This document shows positions 29,001 to 38,814 of a DNA stretch of 64,000 bases, one piece after another (the first letter of the stretch is position 1; each line of letters opens with the position of its first letter). The stretch spans positions 446 to 64,445 of the forward strand of contig CAJFHE010000010.1 in NCBI GenBank assembly GCA_904378095.1. The letters run 5' to 3'. A model generated the notes under the pieces. The model saw only the letters and a program-made list of their open reading frames with translations. It did not search any database and was not told the origin of the DNA. Source of the stretch: an uncultured Clostridia bacterium. GTDB taxonomy: Bacteria; Bacillota; Clostridia; TANB77; CAG-508. The translations under genes were made by a program, and so were the position numbers.

Positions 29001-31045
29001 TTATTTACATATTCCATAGTAATTTTATCATTTCCACTTGGGGTTAATGTATCAAGTGTCAGGTCAGTATTAAGTACTACTATTGCTCCTTTGTAATCTG
29101 AATTTAATGAATATTCTGTTTGTGTACCTTCAAGTTCCACATTAATAATTTTGTTTCCTTTTTCTTCAGATACTTTCGTATCTTTTATTTTTAAACCATT
29201 TGCTAGCAATATGTTAGAACTTTTTAAATCTATTTCTTTAACTGCTTCTGGTAATGTTATTTTTAATGTTGGATTTGTGAATAATGCATTATATTGACTA
29301 GAAGTATCTAATGTTGCTCTAATTTCTACATTTTCATTTTCTACAACTGTGGTTAAATCTGTTTTGCTTACTTCTAGTTCAACTTTTGTTTCAGGCTCTT
29401 CTAATATTATCTCAGTACTTGTTGTAGATTTTGTAGTATTTGTTTCTCCTTCTAAGTCTAATTTCATTTTTACAAAGTTTTTCATTTGCTCTTTTGAGTA
29501 ATCTATGTTTCCACTCAAAGCTTTTACAATATTTATTTCTAGTTGTCCTTCTGTTATTGGTGCAGTGGTTTCTATTGATAATTTATTATTGTTTCCGGAA
29601 TTTATATTTAATACATAAACTCCATTTTCTAGAGTTGTTTCTTTATTTATCTTTCCAAGCTCAATTCCTTTATCATCTTTTACTGTAATAACTCCGTCTT
29701 CACCAAGCATTTTATTAAATATAGCTTGACTGATTTCTATTCGTTTATTATAGGCATAATTATTTCCACCTATTGTTGTAGCACCTGCTGCATTTTTTTC
29801 TGTTAAGAAAGTATCATATCCCTGTGAAAATTTTATTGAATTTGCTAATTTTGCACTATTTACAGTTGATACATATCTTGTATAATACTCTGTTTCAACT
29901 TTTTCATCTGCATCATAATTAGCATATACATATCCTTTACTAATGCTGCTTAGTGCAGATATACTAAAATCAGTAATTTCTCCCGTCTTTTCTGTGTATT
30001 TTATTTCTGCTTCTTTTGTTCTTGTTATAACAGTATCTGCATTATTATATACGCTGATATTTGAATTTACTGTTACAGATGTATTTACTCCATTTTGTCT
30101 AACATAATTATATATTTCTTCTCCTTCAAATATATAATTAACTAAATACTCATCTGTCGCATTTTCCTTCCAAGAAACATTTTCGCCTGTCATATTTGAA
30201 TTGCTTATTGTAACTATTCCGGTATTTGCATCATATGTATAATTGCTATTATTAAAATCTAATCCATCTGTTTTTCCATTTGTTGCTTCTGTTTTTGTTG
30301 CGATAACATTTACTGATGTTGGCCTTATTTTGTTTATTATTGGTGCAACTATTTCTATATTAGTATTTTTTATTGGTAAGCTATTGTCTTTTACTTTGGA
30401 ATTTACTTTTGTTTGAAGCATTACTCCATAGTTTCCATCTGTTACATATGGTATATATTTTGTTGGCTCAACTGTTAATTCTGCTTCTGCTGTATCCTTC
30501 CATGCAAGTTTATTTACAACTTCTTTTTCAATTCCATTCTCTTTTCCGTTACCATCTATGTATGTAGCAGTAAATTTGGCTGTTACTTCTTTACCAAAGT
30601 AATCTTCTGTAATATTTTCTTTTCTTAGTATTTCAATTGGAAGCTCAATAACTATATCAGAGCCATTATTTAATTTATTTAATAATACCTTATTGTTTTC
30701 TACATCAATGCTTTGGATATTCTCGTTTGTAATTTCTCCTTTAAGCTTAAAGTTTGGATTTTGGTATTCTATCACTCCATTTTCCAAATATCCAGAGTTG
30801 TTTACTTTGACATTAAGATATATCTTTGCATCTTCACTATTTATTTCAAATGCTTGATTATGTGAATTGCCATAAAAATATGAGTTAAATTCTACATTTT
30901 TATGATTAGTGCTTGATGTTTGCTCATTTAATTCATCATCACTTAATGCAAAAGTTATAGTATATTCTCCTAATATTGCTAGGTTTGTACCTACTAAAAC
31001 TATTACTAAAAATAAGGCAAGTAATTTGTTTAATAATTTGTTCAT
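26054..31045 (-). CDS. Giant secreted surface protein with DUF11-like and SdrD-B-like domains
   Basis: Signal peptide; repeated (Y/F).(F/I)...N.G motifs; ITGTAWIDSNQDG...GRYEFSNLEPGNY; C-terminal TM + basic tail; start at ATG 31045 after GGAGGT. Confidence 0.8.
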   Translation of the reverse strand: MNKLLNKLLALFLVIVLVGTNLAILGEYTITFALSDDELNEQTSSTNHKNVEFNSYFYGNSHNQAFEINSEDAKIYLNVKVNNSGYLENGVIEYQNPNFKLKGEITNENIQSIDVENNKVLLNKLNNGSDIVIELPIEILRKENITEDYFGKEVTAKFTATYIDGNGKENGIEKEVVNKLAWKDTAEAELTVEPTKYIPYVTDGNYGVMLQTKVNSKVKDNSLPIKNTNIEIVAPIINKIRPTSVNVIATKTEATNGKTDGLDFNNSNYTYDANTGIVTISNSNMTGENVSWKENATDEYLVNYIFEGEEIYNYVRQNGVNTSVTVNSNISVYNNADTVITRTKEAEIKYTEKTGEITDFSISALSSISKGYVYANYDADEKVETEYYTRYVSTVNSAKLANSIKFSQGYDTFLTEKNAAGATTIGGNNYAYNKRIEISQAIFNKMLGEDGVITVKDDKGIELGKINKETTLENGVYVLNINSGNNNKLSIETTAPITEGQLEINIVKALSGNIDYSKEQMKNFVKMKLDLEGETNTTKSTTSTEIILEEPETKVELEVSKTDLTTVVENENVEIRATLDTSSQYNALFTNPTLKITLPEAVKEIDLKSSNILLANGLKIKDTKVSEEKGNKIINVELEGTQTEYSLNSDYKGAIVVLNTDLTLDTLTPSGNDKITMEYVNNNETATETEGVLDETVNYVAPTGVVAANGISNYKEGAEDILSMSDEAQTVEIDAYANERVATMNGIIINNYGNNIGNIVVLGRLPSEGNTRIDTSDSLGSTFNIPLSTQLSLTGVDTSNYKVYYSDNVNATRDIEDVNNGWTEEGTTNSKSFLIVFAEDYKMPEGTRIDFTYDITIPGNLEPNSASYGMYKVYYNNESEIGAMPESKESAVIGIKTETGPQLSADISANIDTVREGQIVKMTATVKNTGEQTAHNVRIRIPEPHYMSFVELRLNSNFAPVDEEVPLVREIGDLEPNEERQVSYYLQVEDSAIRDYSSSDENAVSPDFPKTVEHSLEIFTDELKNPIPSNIYTMQIDDGSISISMVPSVEDDTVLKNGDEINFIITLTNIRDLEGINNVVAKIVLPEGLEYTSATIKNSLMDENGITDGISYNESTRTLQFALGTLERVKYILLSTKVIDDTGDIRMLATATGDGVEENYSNVFEHKIEPVKLEVSELTSTPRYVKEREDITYKFSVTNAGNSQATNLKIIDQIPDGIREVNATYTYNGDTAAVSKIEDGKLTIEINWLDPGNTTEVEIVATTEFLPDQNDKEIRNKILVQSDSMADIETNEVVNYVEYNTDINHPGIPNDDNNPGQTSNRYRITGTAWIDSNQDGRRDDGEEIVSGIQVYLLNQRQNTIVQDVDTNEPKITTTSNNGRYEFSNLEPGNYLVVFVYDSSRYSLTTYQAQGVDTAFNSDVIDVNLTLNGERRIAAITDSIQITDDNARDIDIGMYEAAKFDLRLDKYVSKVTLSTPTIGTSEYEHNNLKVAQVEVLGQNLGKSTAVVEYTIIVTNEGSVPGYVRNIVDYIPDGFSFNTELNRDWYLSDNGNIYNASLENTRLNPGDTQEIKLLLSVNITEDKLGITSNTAEIYETYNEQGLQDIDSEEANGATNEDDMSKADLVLGLVTGKIVTYTAIIIAVIAILIIGIYEIKKHVLNKNKKV

Positions 31046-31405
31046 AATAACCTCCAATTTTTTTATAACATATAAATAAATTATACTACATTTTTACTAC
31101 TATTTCAATACTTTTATGTCTTTTGTGAAACTTTTTATGTATATTTTCTCCTTTTGCATATTTTTATATATAGAAATATTTTTTCATACAATATAATGAT
31201 TATATTTTAGCATCTTTTTGATATTTTTCAACATATAAATTATGAAATTTCTTTTTACTTTTTTTCTTTTTTTACGGAAGCTCATTTTCTAGACAAATAT
31301 TAAATTTATATTACATTTTTATTACAGTTTTGCAAAGTAACAATTTTTATTATTTAACATATTATAATATAGGTTTTATAACATATATTATATTGAGGTG
31401 AGTGT

Positions 31406-31564
31406 ATGGATAACAAGAATAACAATATGGATATGGCTAGTTTAATGGCTATGCTTTCTAAAATGGATAAAAAAGATTTAGAGCAAGGATTAAATAAAGT
31501 AAGCAACATGCTTAAATCTAAGGATGCAGAGCAGATTATAAATGAGATAAAAAAAAGTAAATAA
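31406..31564 (+). CDS. Small hypothetical protein (52 aa, MDNKNNNMDMASLMAMLSK...)
   Basis: Read directly from sequence (below ORF-track cutoff); RBS GAGGTG; first of three co-oriented small ORFs. Confidence 0.7.
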   Translation: MDNKNNNMDMASLMAMLSKMDKKDLEQGLNKVSNMLKSKDAEQIINEIKKSK

Positions 31565-31588
31565 CACAAAAATTTTTATTTTGGAGGA

Positions 31589-31981
31589 ATGTCTATGAAT
31601 GAAAATGATATGGGTAATTTAATGAATCAAATTAATCAAATTCTAAAAAATAACGATGTTCCTGACGAGCTAAAGAATATTGTTAATAATTTAAAGAATT
31701 CTTCCAATAATAAAGATAACAATTCAAATGAAGATAAATCAAGTAGTGATGACAGTGGCTCTCCAGAGCTTGACATTAATACTATTCTTAAAATGAAGCA
31801 AGTCATGGATTCCATGAATTCAAATAAAAATGACCCAAGAACAAATTTGTTATTATCATTAAAGCCATATTTAAAAGAAAGTAGAAGAGAAAAAGTAGAC
31901 CAGTATATTAAGCTATTTGGTTTAGAAAAAGCATTTGAAACCTTTAGCTCCCTAGGTGGTGAGAAGAAGAATGATGTATAA
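31589..31981 (+). CDS. Hypothetical protein, possibly sporulation-associated
   Basis: RBS GGAGG; DPRTNLLLSLKPYL...KVDQYIKL tail recalled from clostridial small proteins. Confidence 0.7.
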   Translation: MSMNENDMGNLMNQINQILKNNDVPDELKNIVNNLKNSSNNKDNNSNEDKSSSDDSGSPELDINTILKMKQVMDSMNSNKNDPRTNLLLSLKPYLKESRREKVDQYIKLFGLEKAFETFSSLGGEKKNDV

Positions 31982-32324
31982 CTTTCCATTTTTTCCACAT
32001 TTTTATCCTAGACCATACTATAATTATCCACAAAATAATGCTAGAAATGTGAATAATAGCAATTCCGCAAAAAGAAATACTGCTTATAATAATGCCAACC
32101 ATCACCATAATAATGAAAAGGGTTCTCATAATCATAATATTTCCAGACAAGAAGATAATATGAATCATAAAACAGAAAAAAAAGATGACATCATATTTGA
32201 AGTTTTTGGCATAAAACTACATTATGATGACATTCTTTTAATCTGCTTAATTTTCTTTCTTTATAACGAAGGCGTTAAGGATGAGTTTTTATTCATTGCA
32301 TTAGTTTTGCTGCTTTTGTCATGA
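31971..32324 (+). CDS. Hypothetical protein with N/H-rich linker and hydrophobic C-terminus
   Basis: Overlaps upstream stop; DDILLICLIFFLYNEG...ALVLLLLS tail. Confidence 0.7.
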   Translation: MMYNFPFFPHFYPRPYYNYPQNNARNVNNSNSAKRNTAYNNANHHHNNEKGSHNHNISRQEDNMNHKTEKKDDIIFEVFGIKLHYDDILLICLIFFLYNEGVKDEFLFIALVLLLLS

Positions 32325-32327
32325 GCT

Positions 32328-32945
32328 TTATTCTAATATAAGCTCATCCTTATCATTTATATATGCAGAAGTTTTAACTTTATGAATTTCTCCTTCATCT
32401 CTTTCTATTTCTTTTACAATATCGGCAATTCTAATTTGGACCGCCTCTATATCAACCGCTTCTATAACGGCATCTTTGTTACCTTTAGCTCCTGCATGCG
32501 CCAAGCCCCTTAAAGCTCCTACCACTACTATATTCTCTCCTGCAACAACTTCTGCCCCAGCATTTACATCACCTATTATTACAATACTGCCTTCAAATTC
32601 TAGTCTTTGTCCTGAGCGTAGAGAGCCTTTATGGAATTTAGTTTCTGAAGTTGCTACTTCTTTATAAAATGTTTTCTTTATTCCGTGTAATCCCAACACT
32701 TTTGGACTATCAAAATCTATTTGAACATCGATAAATTTCTTAATGACTGATTGTATTTCTTCCATTTCCCTGTTCTTCAGAATTTTGCCTGTAATCAGTA
32801 TTGGAGTTTTGTCATCCTTATATAAGTTTTTTAGCTCTAAGATTTTTTTCTTTAAGCATGATACTATTTCTCTTTGCTCAGCATTTTCATCAATTTTTAT
32901 TATTACTTGATTTTTTTTCATATTAATATTAATACAATTATTCAT
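32328..32945 (-). CDS. minC: Septum site-determining protein MinC
   Basis: SLRSGQRL...VIIGDVNAGAEVVAGENIVVVGALRGLAHAG; directly after pbp2. Confidence 0.92.
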   Translation of the reverse strand: MNNCININMKKNQVIIKIDENAEQREIVSCLKKKILELKNLYKDDKTPILITGKILKNREMEEIQSVIKKFIDVQIDFDSPKVLGLHGIKKTFYKEVATSETKFHKGSLRSGQRLEFEGSIVIIGDVNAGAEVVAGENIVVVGALRGLAHAGAKGNKDAVIEAVDIEAVQIRIADIVKEIERDEGEIHKVKTSAYINDKDELILE

Positions 32946-32998
32946 ACTTGGTTTCATTCCTTTCTCAAGTAGCACATCCAGTTAATCTATTTTTATTA

Positions 32999-35074
32999 TT
33001 ATCTAACACTCTCTAAACTCGACTCCGCAGTTTTGTCTTCTGTTATTTCTTCCGAATTCATACCAAAATATTCTTCTATTATTTGCTTTGCTGTATAAGC
33101 TGTATATCCTCCTGAGCCAGCTCCTTCAATAAGTACAACTACTGCTATTTCAGGATTTTCATATGGAGCAAATCCTGCAAACCAACCATGCACAATATCT
33201 TCGTCTTGTGTCTGTGCCGATCCTGTTTTTCCTGCTATTACCATATCTAAATCTGTAAAATATGAATAAGCTGTACCTCCTGCCTCACTGGTAACACCTT
33301 TCATTCCCTGTCTAATTGCTTGTAGATTTTCTTCTGATATATTTAAATCTTCTTCAACCTCATTCTTTGTTCCAAGTTTATTATCTATATAATTTTCAAC
33401 ATCTTCCTTTGAAACCTCTGAGCCATCTGAATTTATTATAGATTTTATTAGGGTTACATCAACATTTTTTCCACCGTTGGCAATCATGCTTATATATCTT
33501 GCCATTTGTATAGGTGTAAATTCATTATAACTTTGACCTATGGATGCAGCTAGTGTATCTGCCAAATACCATGTATAATTTATACTCTCTGCATATGCAG
33601 TACTAGCAAGTGTTCCAGATGCTTCACCTGTAAGCTCTATTCCTGTTCTTTTACCCAATCCATATTTTGAAGCATATTCTGCTATCTTATCTATGCCTAA
33701 TCTATATCCCATTTCATAGAAGAAATAATTACATGAATATTTAAGAGCTTGGGTTACATTTAAGTATCCATGTCCGCTTCTATAATTTCTATAATACCAG
33801 CATACCGGATGATAACTATATGGGTACACACCAGTATCATTAATTCTCGTTTTAGTTGTTATTTCGCCTGTATCTAATGCTGCTGTTGCAACAGCCATTT
33901 TAAATGTAGAGCCTGGTGGATATGCTGAGCTTATTGCTCTGTTTGTATATCTTCCCGTGTTATCTTCTGAATATTCTTCAGAGAATTTTTCTGGATTATA
34001 ATCTGGGTAGCTTGCCATCGCCAAAACTTCTCCACTATTAATATCCATAACAACTACAGCTCCAGCTTTAGCATCATGTTTATCTCCATATTTGCCATTT
34101 GCTATATCTTCTATATTTTGTTTCAACGCTTCTTCTGCAACCTTTTGTAAGTTGGCATCAAGAGTTAATATAACGTCTGAGCCTGCGACTGCTTCTTTTG
34201 AAATATATTCACTAGTAATTGCTCCATCAACTGTCATATCAACTTGTTTTACTCCATCTGTTCCTTTTAAATAATCCTCTAAAACATATTGAATGCCATC
34301 TTTTCCAATCACATCATCATTTCTATATGTATCTTTTCTAGTTTCATACTCAGATTCACTAATTGCTCCTACATAACCTAAAACATGTGATGCTAAACTT
34401 CCTGATGTATATGAAACTGTTGGCTCTGTTGTTACATTCATACCTGATAATTTTGCGTTTTGCTCTCTAATTTGTACTGCAGATGTATCACTTATGTTAT
34501 TAGCTATTTTTACTGATTTGGTTGAGCTATATCCATTTCTAGTAATTTCATATCTTACCACCATAATTTTTCTTGCCAAAGCATTATCCTCTTCAGTAAT
34601 TTCATATTTTTGTTTTAGAGCATTAAAAGCGTCTTCTGCACTAAAATTTTCATCTATATCATTATTCTTTTTCCAATTTTTTTGCTCTTCTTCTGTTTCT
34701 TGGGTGAATTTAAAAGGGTCAATTTCAATTGGCAAATTGTCTATGAATTCATCTTCATTGTTTTCTAATATTTCTATAAATTTTTTTATTGAATTATTTA
34801 GTGTGCTATCATCAACTTTTGTACTATAAATTTCAACACTGTATTTTGTATCTGTTGTAACAAGCTCCACTCCAGTTCTATCTTTTATTGAGCCTCTTGC
34901 TGCCTTTAGGACGCTCTCTCGCGTTAGCCTTGAATTAGATTCTTCTCTATATTCAGCGCCATGTATAATCTGCAAATTAAACAACTGAATAATTAAAATA
35001 ATTCCTATTATGTACACAATTGTTGTAAGTATATTATACCTTAATCTCCCCTCTGTATTATTATTCTTCCCCAA
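32999..35074 (-). CDS. mrdA: Class B penicillin-binding protein (PBP2/MrdA-like)
   Basis: TM, dimerisation domain, SxxK (GSTFK), SxN (YSCN), KTG (GKTGSAQ); in the mre operon. Confidence 0.88.
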   Translation of the reverse strand: MGKNNNTEGRLRYNILTTIVYIIGIILIIQLFNLQIIHGAEYREESNSRLTRESVLKAARGSIKDRTGVELVTTDTKYSVEIYSTKVDDSTLNNSIKKFIEILENNEDEFIDNLPIEIDPFKFTQETEEEQKNWKKNNDIDENFSAEDAFNALKQKYEITEEDNALARKIMVVRYEITRNGYSSTKSVKIANNISDTSAVQIREQNAKLSGMNVTTEPTVSYTSGSLASHVLGYVGAISESEYETRKDTYRNDDVIGKDGIQYVLEDYLKGTDGVKQVDMTVDGAITSEYISKEAVAGSDVILTLDANLQKVAEEALKQNIEDIANGKYGDKHDAKAGAVVVMDINSGEVLAMASYPDYNPEKFSEEYSEDNTGRYTNRAISSAYPPGSTFKMAVATAALDTGEITTKTRINDTGVYPYSYHPVCWYYRNYRSGHGYLNVTQALKYSCNYFFYEMGYRLGIDKIAEYASKYGLGKRTGIELTGEASGTLASTAYAESINYTWYLADTLAASIGQSYNEFTPIQMARYISMIANGGKNVDVTLIKSIINSDGSEVSKEDVENYIDNKLGTKNEVEEDLNISEENLQAIRQGMKGVTSEAGGTAYSYFTDLDMVIAGKTGSAQTQDEDIVHGWFAGFAPYENPEIAVVVLIEGAGSGGYTAYTAKQIIEEYFGMNSEEITEDKTAESSLESVR

Positions 35075-35090
35075 TTTTTCACCACCTTTT

Positions 35091-35636
35091 TTAGAAATAT
35101 CTTGTTAATATATTTCTAGATTTAAATACTTCTTCTAAAGCATGTCCCATTTTTTGTATTAAAGGATAAATTATTATAGCAATTATTAAATTGTATAATA
35201 CTTCTATTAATAATATCTTTATAAAACTAATGATTTCTACGCTTACACCCAATGTAATTATGTTAAATATATAGCAACCAACTTCATATATAATTGTACT
35301 TCCCGCCATCATTAGCATAATTGTAAGTCTGCTTTCTTTTGAAAAACTCTTGTCAAGATACTCTCCTAGTAGTCCTACAACTCCAAGCATTATACCAGAT
35401 ATTCCAATTTGTCTCCCCATAATAACGTCTATGTAAAATCCAAATATTATTCCTAATATTAATCCTAATTTTTTACCTGCAAACAGTCCTATAAAAAGTA
35501 CAAATATTACAAATAAGTTTGGCTCTATACCTGCTATTGTAAACCATGTAAAGAAATTAGACTGTATGAAATAAATTATAAAAAAGACTAATATTAGTAG
35601 TACTATTGAAATTGTTTTTTTCAAACCGGTCCTCAT
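35091..35636 (-). CDS. mreD: Rod shape-determining protein MreD
   Basis: Hydrophobic 181 aa (IEPNLFVIFV) between mreC and pbp2. Confidence 0.88.
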   Translation of the reverse strand: MRTGLKKTISIVLLILVFFIIYFIQSNFFTWFTIAGIEPNLFVIFVLFIGLFAGKKLGLILGIIFGFYIDVIMGRQIGISGIMLGVVGLLGEYLDKSFSKESRLTIMLMMAGSTIIYEVGCYIFNIITLGVSVEIISFIKILLIEVLYNLIIAIIIYPLIQKMGHALEEVFKSRNILTRYF

Positions 35637-35659
35637 TCCTTTCGTGATTAGATTGCTTT

Positions 35660-36475
35660 TTAATTGGTAATTACAAGTACTGTATTTAGTTTATTAAAAT
35701 TAACAGCTGTTTCAACAATAGCATATCTATCTGTTATGTTACTTGTATTTATAACTTCTTTTATAGTTCCTATATGTATTCCTTTTGGGTATATACCACC
35801 AATTCCTGAAGTTTCAACACTGTCTCCTTCTAAAACAACAGCATCTGTTGGTATAAATGTAGCTTTTAATGTTGTTTTATCATCTAATGTTCCTTGAACT
35901 ATTATTGTATCCTCTGTGGTACTAATTGTGCTAGTAACTGCTGTTGCAGTATCTACAATTGTTTGTACTTTTGCGGTATTTGATGTTACAGAAATAACAT
36001 GACCTACTAATCCACTATCTGCAATTACTGTCATATCTTCTTTAATTCCGTCATCTGAGCCCACATTAATTACAATTGTACTGCTGTAATTACTTATATC
36101 CCTATTTATTACATCTGCTGGTATTGTAGTATAATCTTGATATTTTTCTTTTAAGTTTAGATACTCTTTTAATGTCTCATTCTCTGATTTTATTACTTCT
36201 AGCTCTCTTAAAGATTGCTCAAGCTCACTGTTCTTCTGTTTTAAGGATTCATTTTCTTGCTTTAAAGTATCCATATCAGCAAAAAAAGTATCATTTCCAG
36301 AAAGTTTGTTTTTCAAATACGTAAATCCATTTTGTATAGGCATCACAAAAATATTGCATATATTTTCTATATATGACATCTGATTTACATTACTGTTTGT
36401 AAATACTACTAATAATATTAAGATAACAATTGTTATAACGATACCTATTATTCCACGCTTTTTATTTTTATACAT
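35660..36475 (-). CDS. mreC: Rod shape-determining protein MreC
   Basis: TM + coiled coil + IVINVGSDDGI, GLVGHV, TSGIGGIYPKGIHIG. Confidence 0.95.
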   Translation of the reverse strand: MYKNKKRGIIGIVITIVILILLVVFTNSNVNQMSYIENICNIFVMPIQNGFTYLKNKLSGNDTFFADMDTLKQENESLKQKNSELEQSLRELEVIKSENETLKEYLNLKEKYQDYTTIPADVINRDISNYSSTIVINVGSDDGIKEDMTVIADSGLVGHVISVTSNTAKVQTIVDTATAVTSTISTTEDTIIVQGTLDDKTTLKATFIPTDAVVLEGDSVETSGIGGIYPKGIHIGTIKEVINTSNITDRYAIVETAVNFNKLNTVLVITN

Positions 36476-36482
36476 ACTTGTC

Positions 36483-37514
36483 CTACTTTCTATTTCTTGA
36501 ATTTATTAATACCGTTTTTAATCTCTCCAAATCTTCTAATGTTTTACCAGTACCTTTTACCACGCACTCAAGTGGGTCTTCTGCTACGTACACTGGCATT
36601 TCTGTTCTTTCCGAAATCAACTTGTCTAAGTTTTTTATTAGTGCTCCTCCTCCGGAAAGGAATATACCTTTTTCCATGATGTCTGAAGATAACTCTGGAG
36701 GAGTTCTTTCCAATGTTTGTTTTATAATTTCTACTATTTTATCTATAGATTCTTGTATTGCTTCTTCTACTTGTGTTGAAGTAATTTTTACTGTTTGTGG
36801 AAGGCCTGTAGTTAAATCTCTACCACTCACCTCAAGACTCATTTCTGTAACAAGTGGCATTGCACATCCTATTTGCTTTTTTATTTCTTCTGCTGTAGAT
36901 TCTCCAATTGCAAGATTCATTTCTCTTTTTATATAGTTTACAATTTCTTCATCTAGCTCGTCTCCTGCAACTCTAATAGAATTGCTAACAACAACTCCAC
37001 CTAATGATATAACTGCAACTTCTGTTGTGCCTCCACCTATATCTACAATTATATTTCCACTTGGCTCTGCTATGTCTAAGTTTGCGCCTATTGCAGCTGC
37101 CATAGGCTCTTCCATTAAATATACTTCTTTAGCTCCTGCCTGTAAAACAGCTTCTTCTACTGCTCTTTCTTCAACCTCTGTAATACCAGATGGAACTCCA
37201 ACTACAACTCTTGGTCTACCCACATTGTATCTTTTGGCAATTTTATATATTATGTTTTTTAGCATTAATTGCGTAGCTGTAAAATCAGCAATAACACCAT
37301 CTTTTAATGGTCTTATTGCCTTAATTTGCTCAGGAGTTCTTCCTAGCATTTCTTTTGCTTCATGACCTGTGGCAATTATTCTTTGCGATTTTCTATCTAT
37401 TGCCACAACAGATGGCTCGTTTAAAACAATCCCCTTTCCTTTTAAAGTAACCAATATATTCGCTGTTCCTAAATCTATACCTATATCTTTTGAACCTAGT
37501 CCGAAAAAACTCAT
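36483..37514 (-). CDS. mreB: Rod shape-determining protein MreB
   Basis: GIDLGTAN, EPSVVA, RPLKDGVIADF, VDIGGGTTEVA, GGGAL. Confidence 0.97.
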   Translation of the reverse strand: MSFFGLGSKDIGIDLGTANILVTLKGKGIVLNEPSVVAIDRKSQRIIATGHEAKEMLGRTPEQIKAIRPLKDGVIADFTATQLMLKNIIYKIAKRYNVGRPRVVVGVPSGITEVEERAVEEAVLQAGAKEVYLMEEPMAAAIGANLDIAEPSGNIIVDIGGGTTEVAVISLGGVVVSNSIRVAGDELDEEIVNYIKREMNLAIGESTAEEIKKQIGCAMPLVTEMSLEVSGRDLTTGLPQTVKITSTQVEEAIQESIDKIVEIIKQTLERTPPELSSDIMEKGIFLSGGGALIKNLDKLISERTEMPVYVAEDPLECVVKGTGKTLEDLERLKTVLINSRNRK

Positions 37515-37536
37515 AAAATTATCCCTCTCTCCAATA

Positions 37537-38229
37537 TTAATTATTTTTGCTCTTTAAATAAAAAATGCTTTTAAACCCATATTCTCCAATTACAATGTGG
37601 TCCAACATCTCTATTCCCATAATATTTGAAGCTTGCAATAGCCTATCGGTAAAGTCAAAGTCTGACTTACTTGGTGTTGGGTCCCCACTTGGATGATTAT
37701 GTACTAAAATTATCTTTGGTGCTCCTTGTTTTATTGCTTCTTGTAATACATCTTTTGGTTTTAATATTGCAGAATTGGTGCCTCCATAACATACATCTAC
37801 AATTTTAATTATTATATTTTTAGAATTAAGTATAATAGCTTTTACTATTTCTCTTTTTTCATATTTTATTTCTTCCATTAGTAAATCTGCTACATCTTTT
37901 GGTGAACTAATTTGTATTTGATTTGTATTTAAGGGTCTTGACATTCTTTTTGTAAGCTCGCAAATTGCCATAAGTTGCAGTGCTTTTACTTTTCCAATCC
38001 CCTTTATACTCATAAATTCTTCTATTGATACATTTTGTAAAAATCTTAAATTGCTCTCTCCATTTTTTTCCAATGATAATATTTTTTGTGCAATGCTAAC
38101 ACTGCTTTCTTCTTTAGTTCCACACTTTATTATAATAGCAATTAATTCTGCATTTGAAAGTGCACTTGCGCCATACATTTCTAATTTCTCGTATGGTCTT
38201 TCTGATATAGGAAGCTCCTTCATCTTCAT
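37537..38229 (-). CDS. radC: RadC family JAB-domain protein
   Basis: RPYEKL...LSNAELIAII, GIGKVKA, VHNHPSGDPTPS..D, LDHIVIG. Confidence 0.95.
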   Translation of the reverse strand: MKMKELPISERPYEKLEMYGASALSNAELIAIIIKCGTKEESSVSIAQKILSLEKNGESNLRFLQNVSIEEFMSIKGIGKVKALQLMAICELTKRMSRPLNTNQIQISSPKDVADLLMEEIKYEKREIVKAIILNSKNIIIKIVDVCYGGTNSAILKPKDVLQEAIKQGAPKIILVHNHPSGDPTPSKSDFDFTDRLLQASNIMGIEMLDHIVIGEYGFKSIFYLKSKNN

Positions 38230-38273
38230 AATAATTCATCCTTTCCTTTAGCCCCCTATATATTTATATAAAA

Positions 38274-38531
38274 CTACACTTTTCTATATATGAATATGGC
38301 AAGAATCATACCTATAATGCTTGCTATATTTATTTTAAACATTAGTCCAAATGTTAAAGTTATTACATGTAAATCTAATGTTATTGGACTTGCTAGTCCA
38401 AATTCTTGTCCATAAGAAAGCCACCATAAGAAATCCACATTTGATGCAAGCTCCCCTAGTAATCCTCCTACAACAATTCCACATAAAATAAATACAATTA
38501 ATATCCATACATTTTTTTCTCTTGTTGCCAT
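38274..38531 (-). CDS. DUF4321 family membrane protein
   Basis: 85 aa, hydrophobic, usual position upstream of (maf)-radC in Clostridia. Confidence 0.75.
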   Translation of the reverse strand: MATREKNVWILIVFILCGIVVGGLLGELASNVDFLWWLSYGQEFGLASPITLDLHVITLTFGLMFKINIASIIGMILAIFIYRKV

Positions 38532-38814
38532 ATTTATTATATCCTCCTCTTTTGCATATATACATTTATTAAATATTATACTTATGTATTATATCCTGTA
38601 AAGCAATTTTTTTCAAGATTTACAGGAAAAGTTTTCTATTTATTTTTTATTAATATTATGTTACAATAAATTTATTCAAAACTATTCCCTTTTATTTATT
38701 TTTGTGTTATATTTATAGTTACCTTTTTTTAGATTACAAAATATAATACAGTAATTATAATGTTTTTATTACATTATAAATTTTATAGAGCATCGGCTCG
38801 AATGAGAGGTTTTT

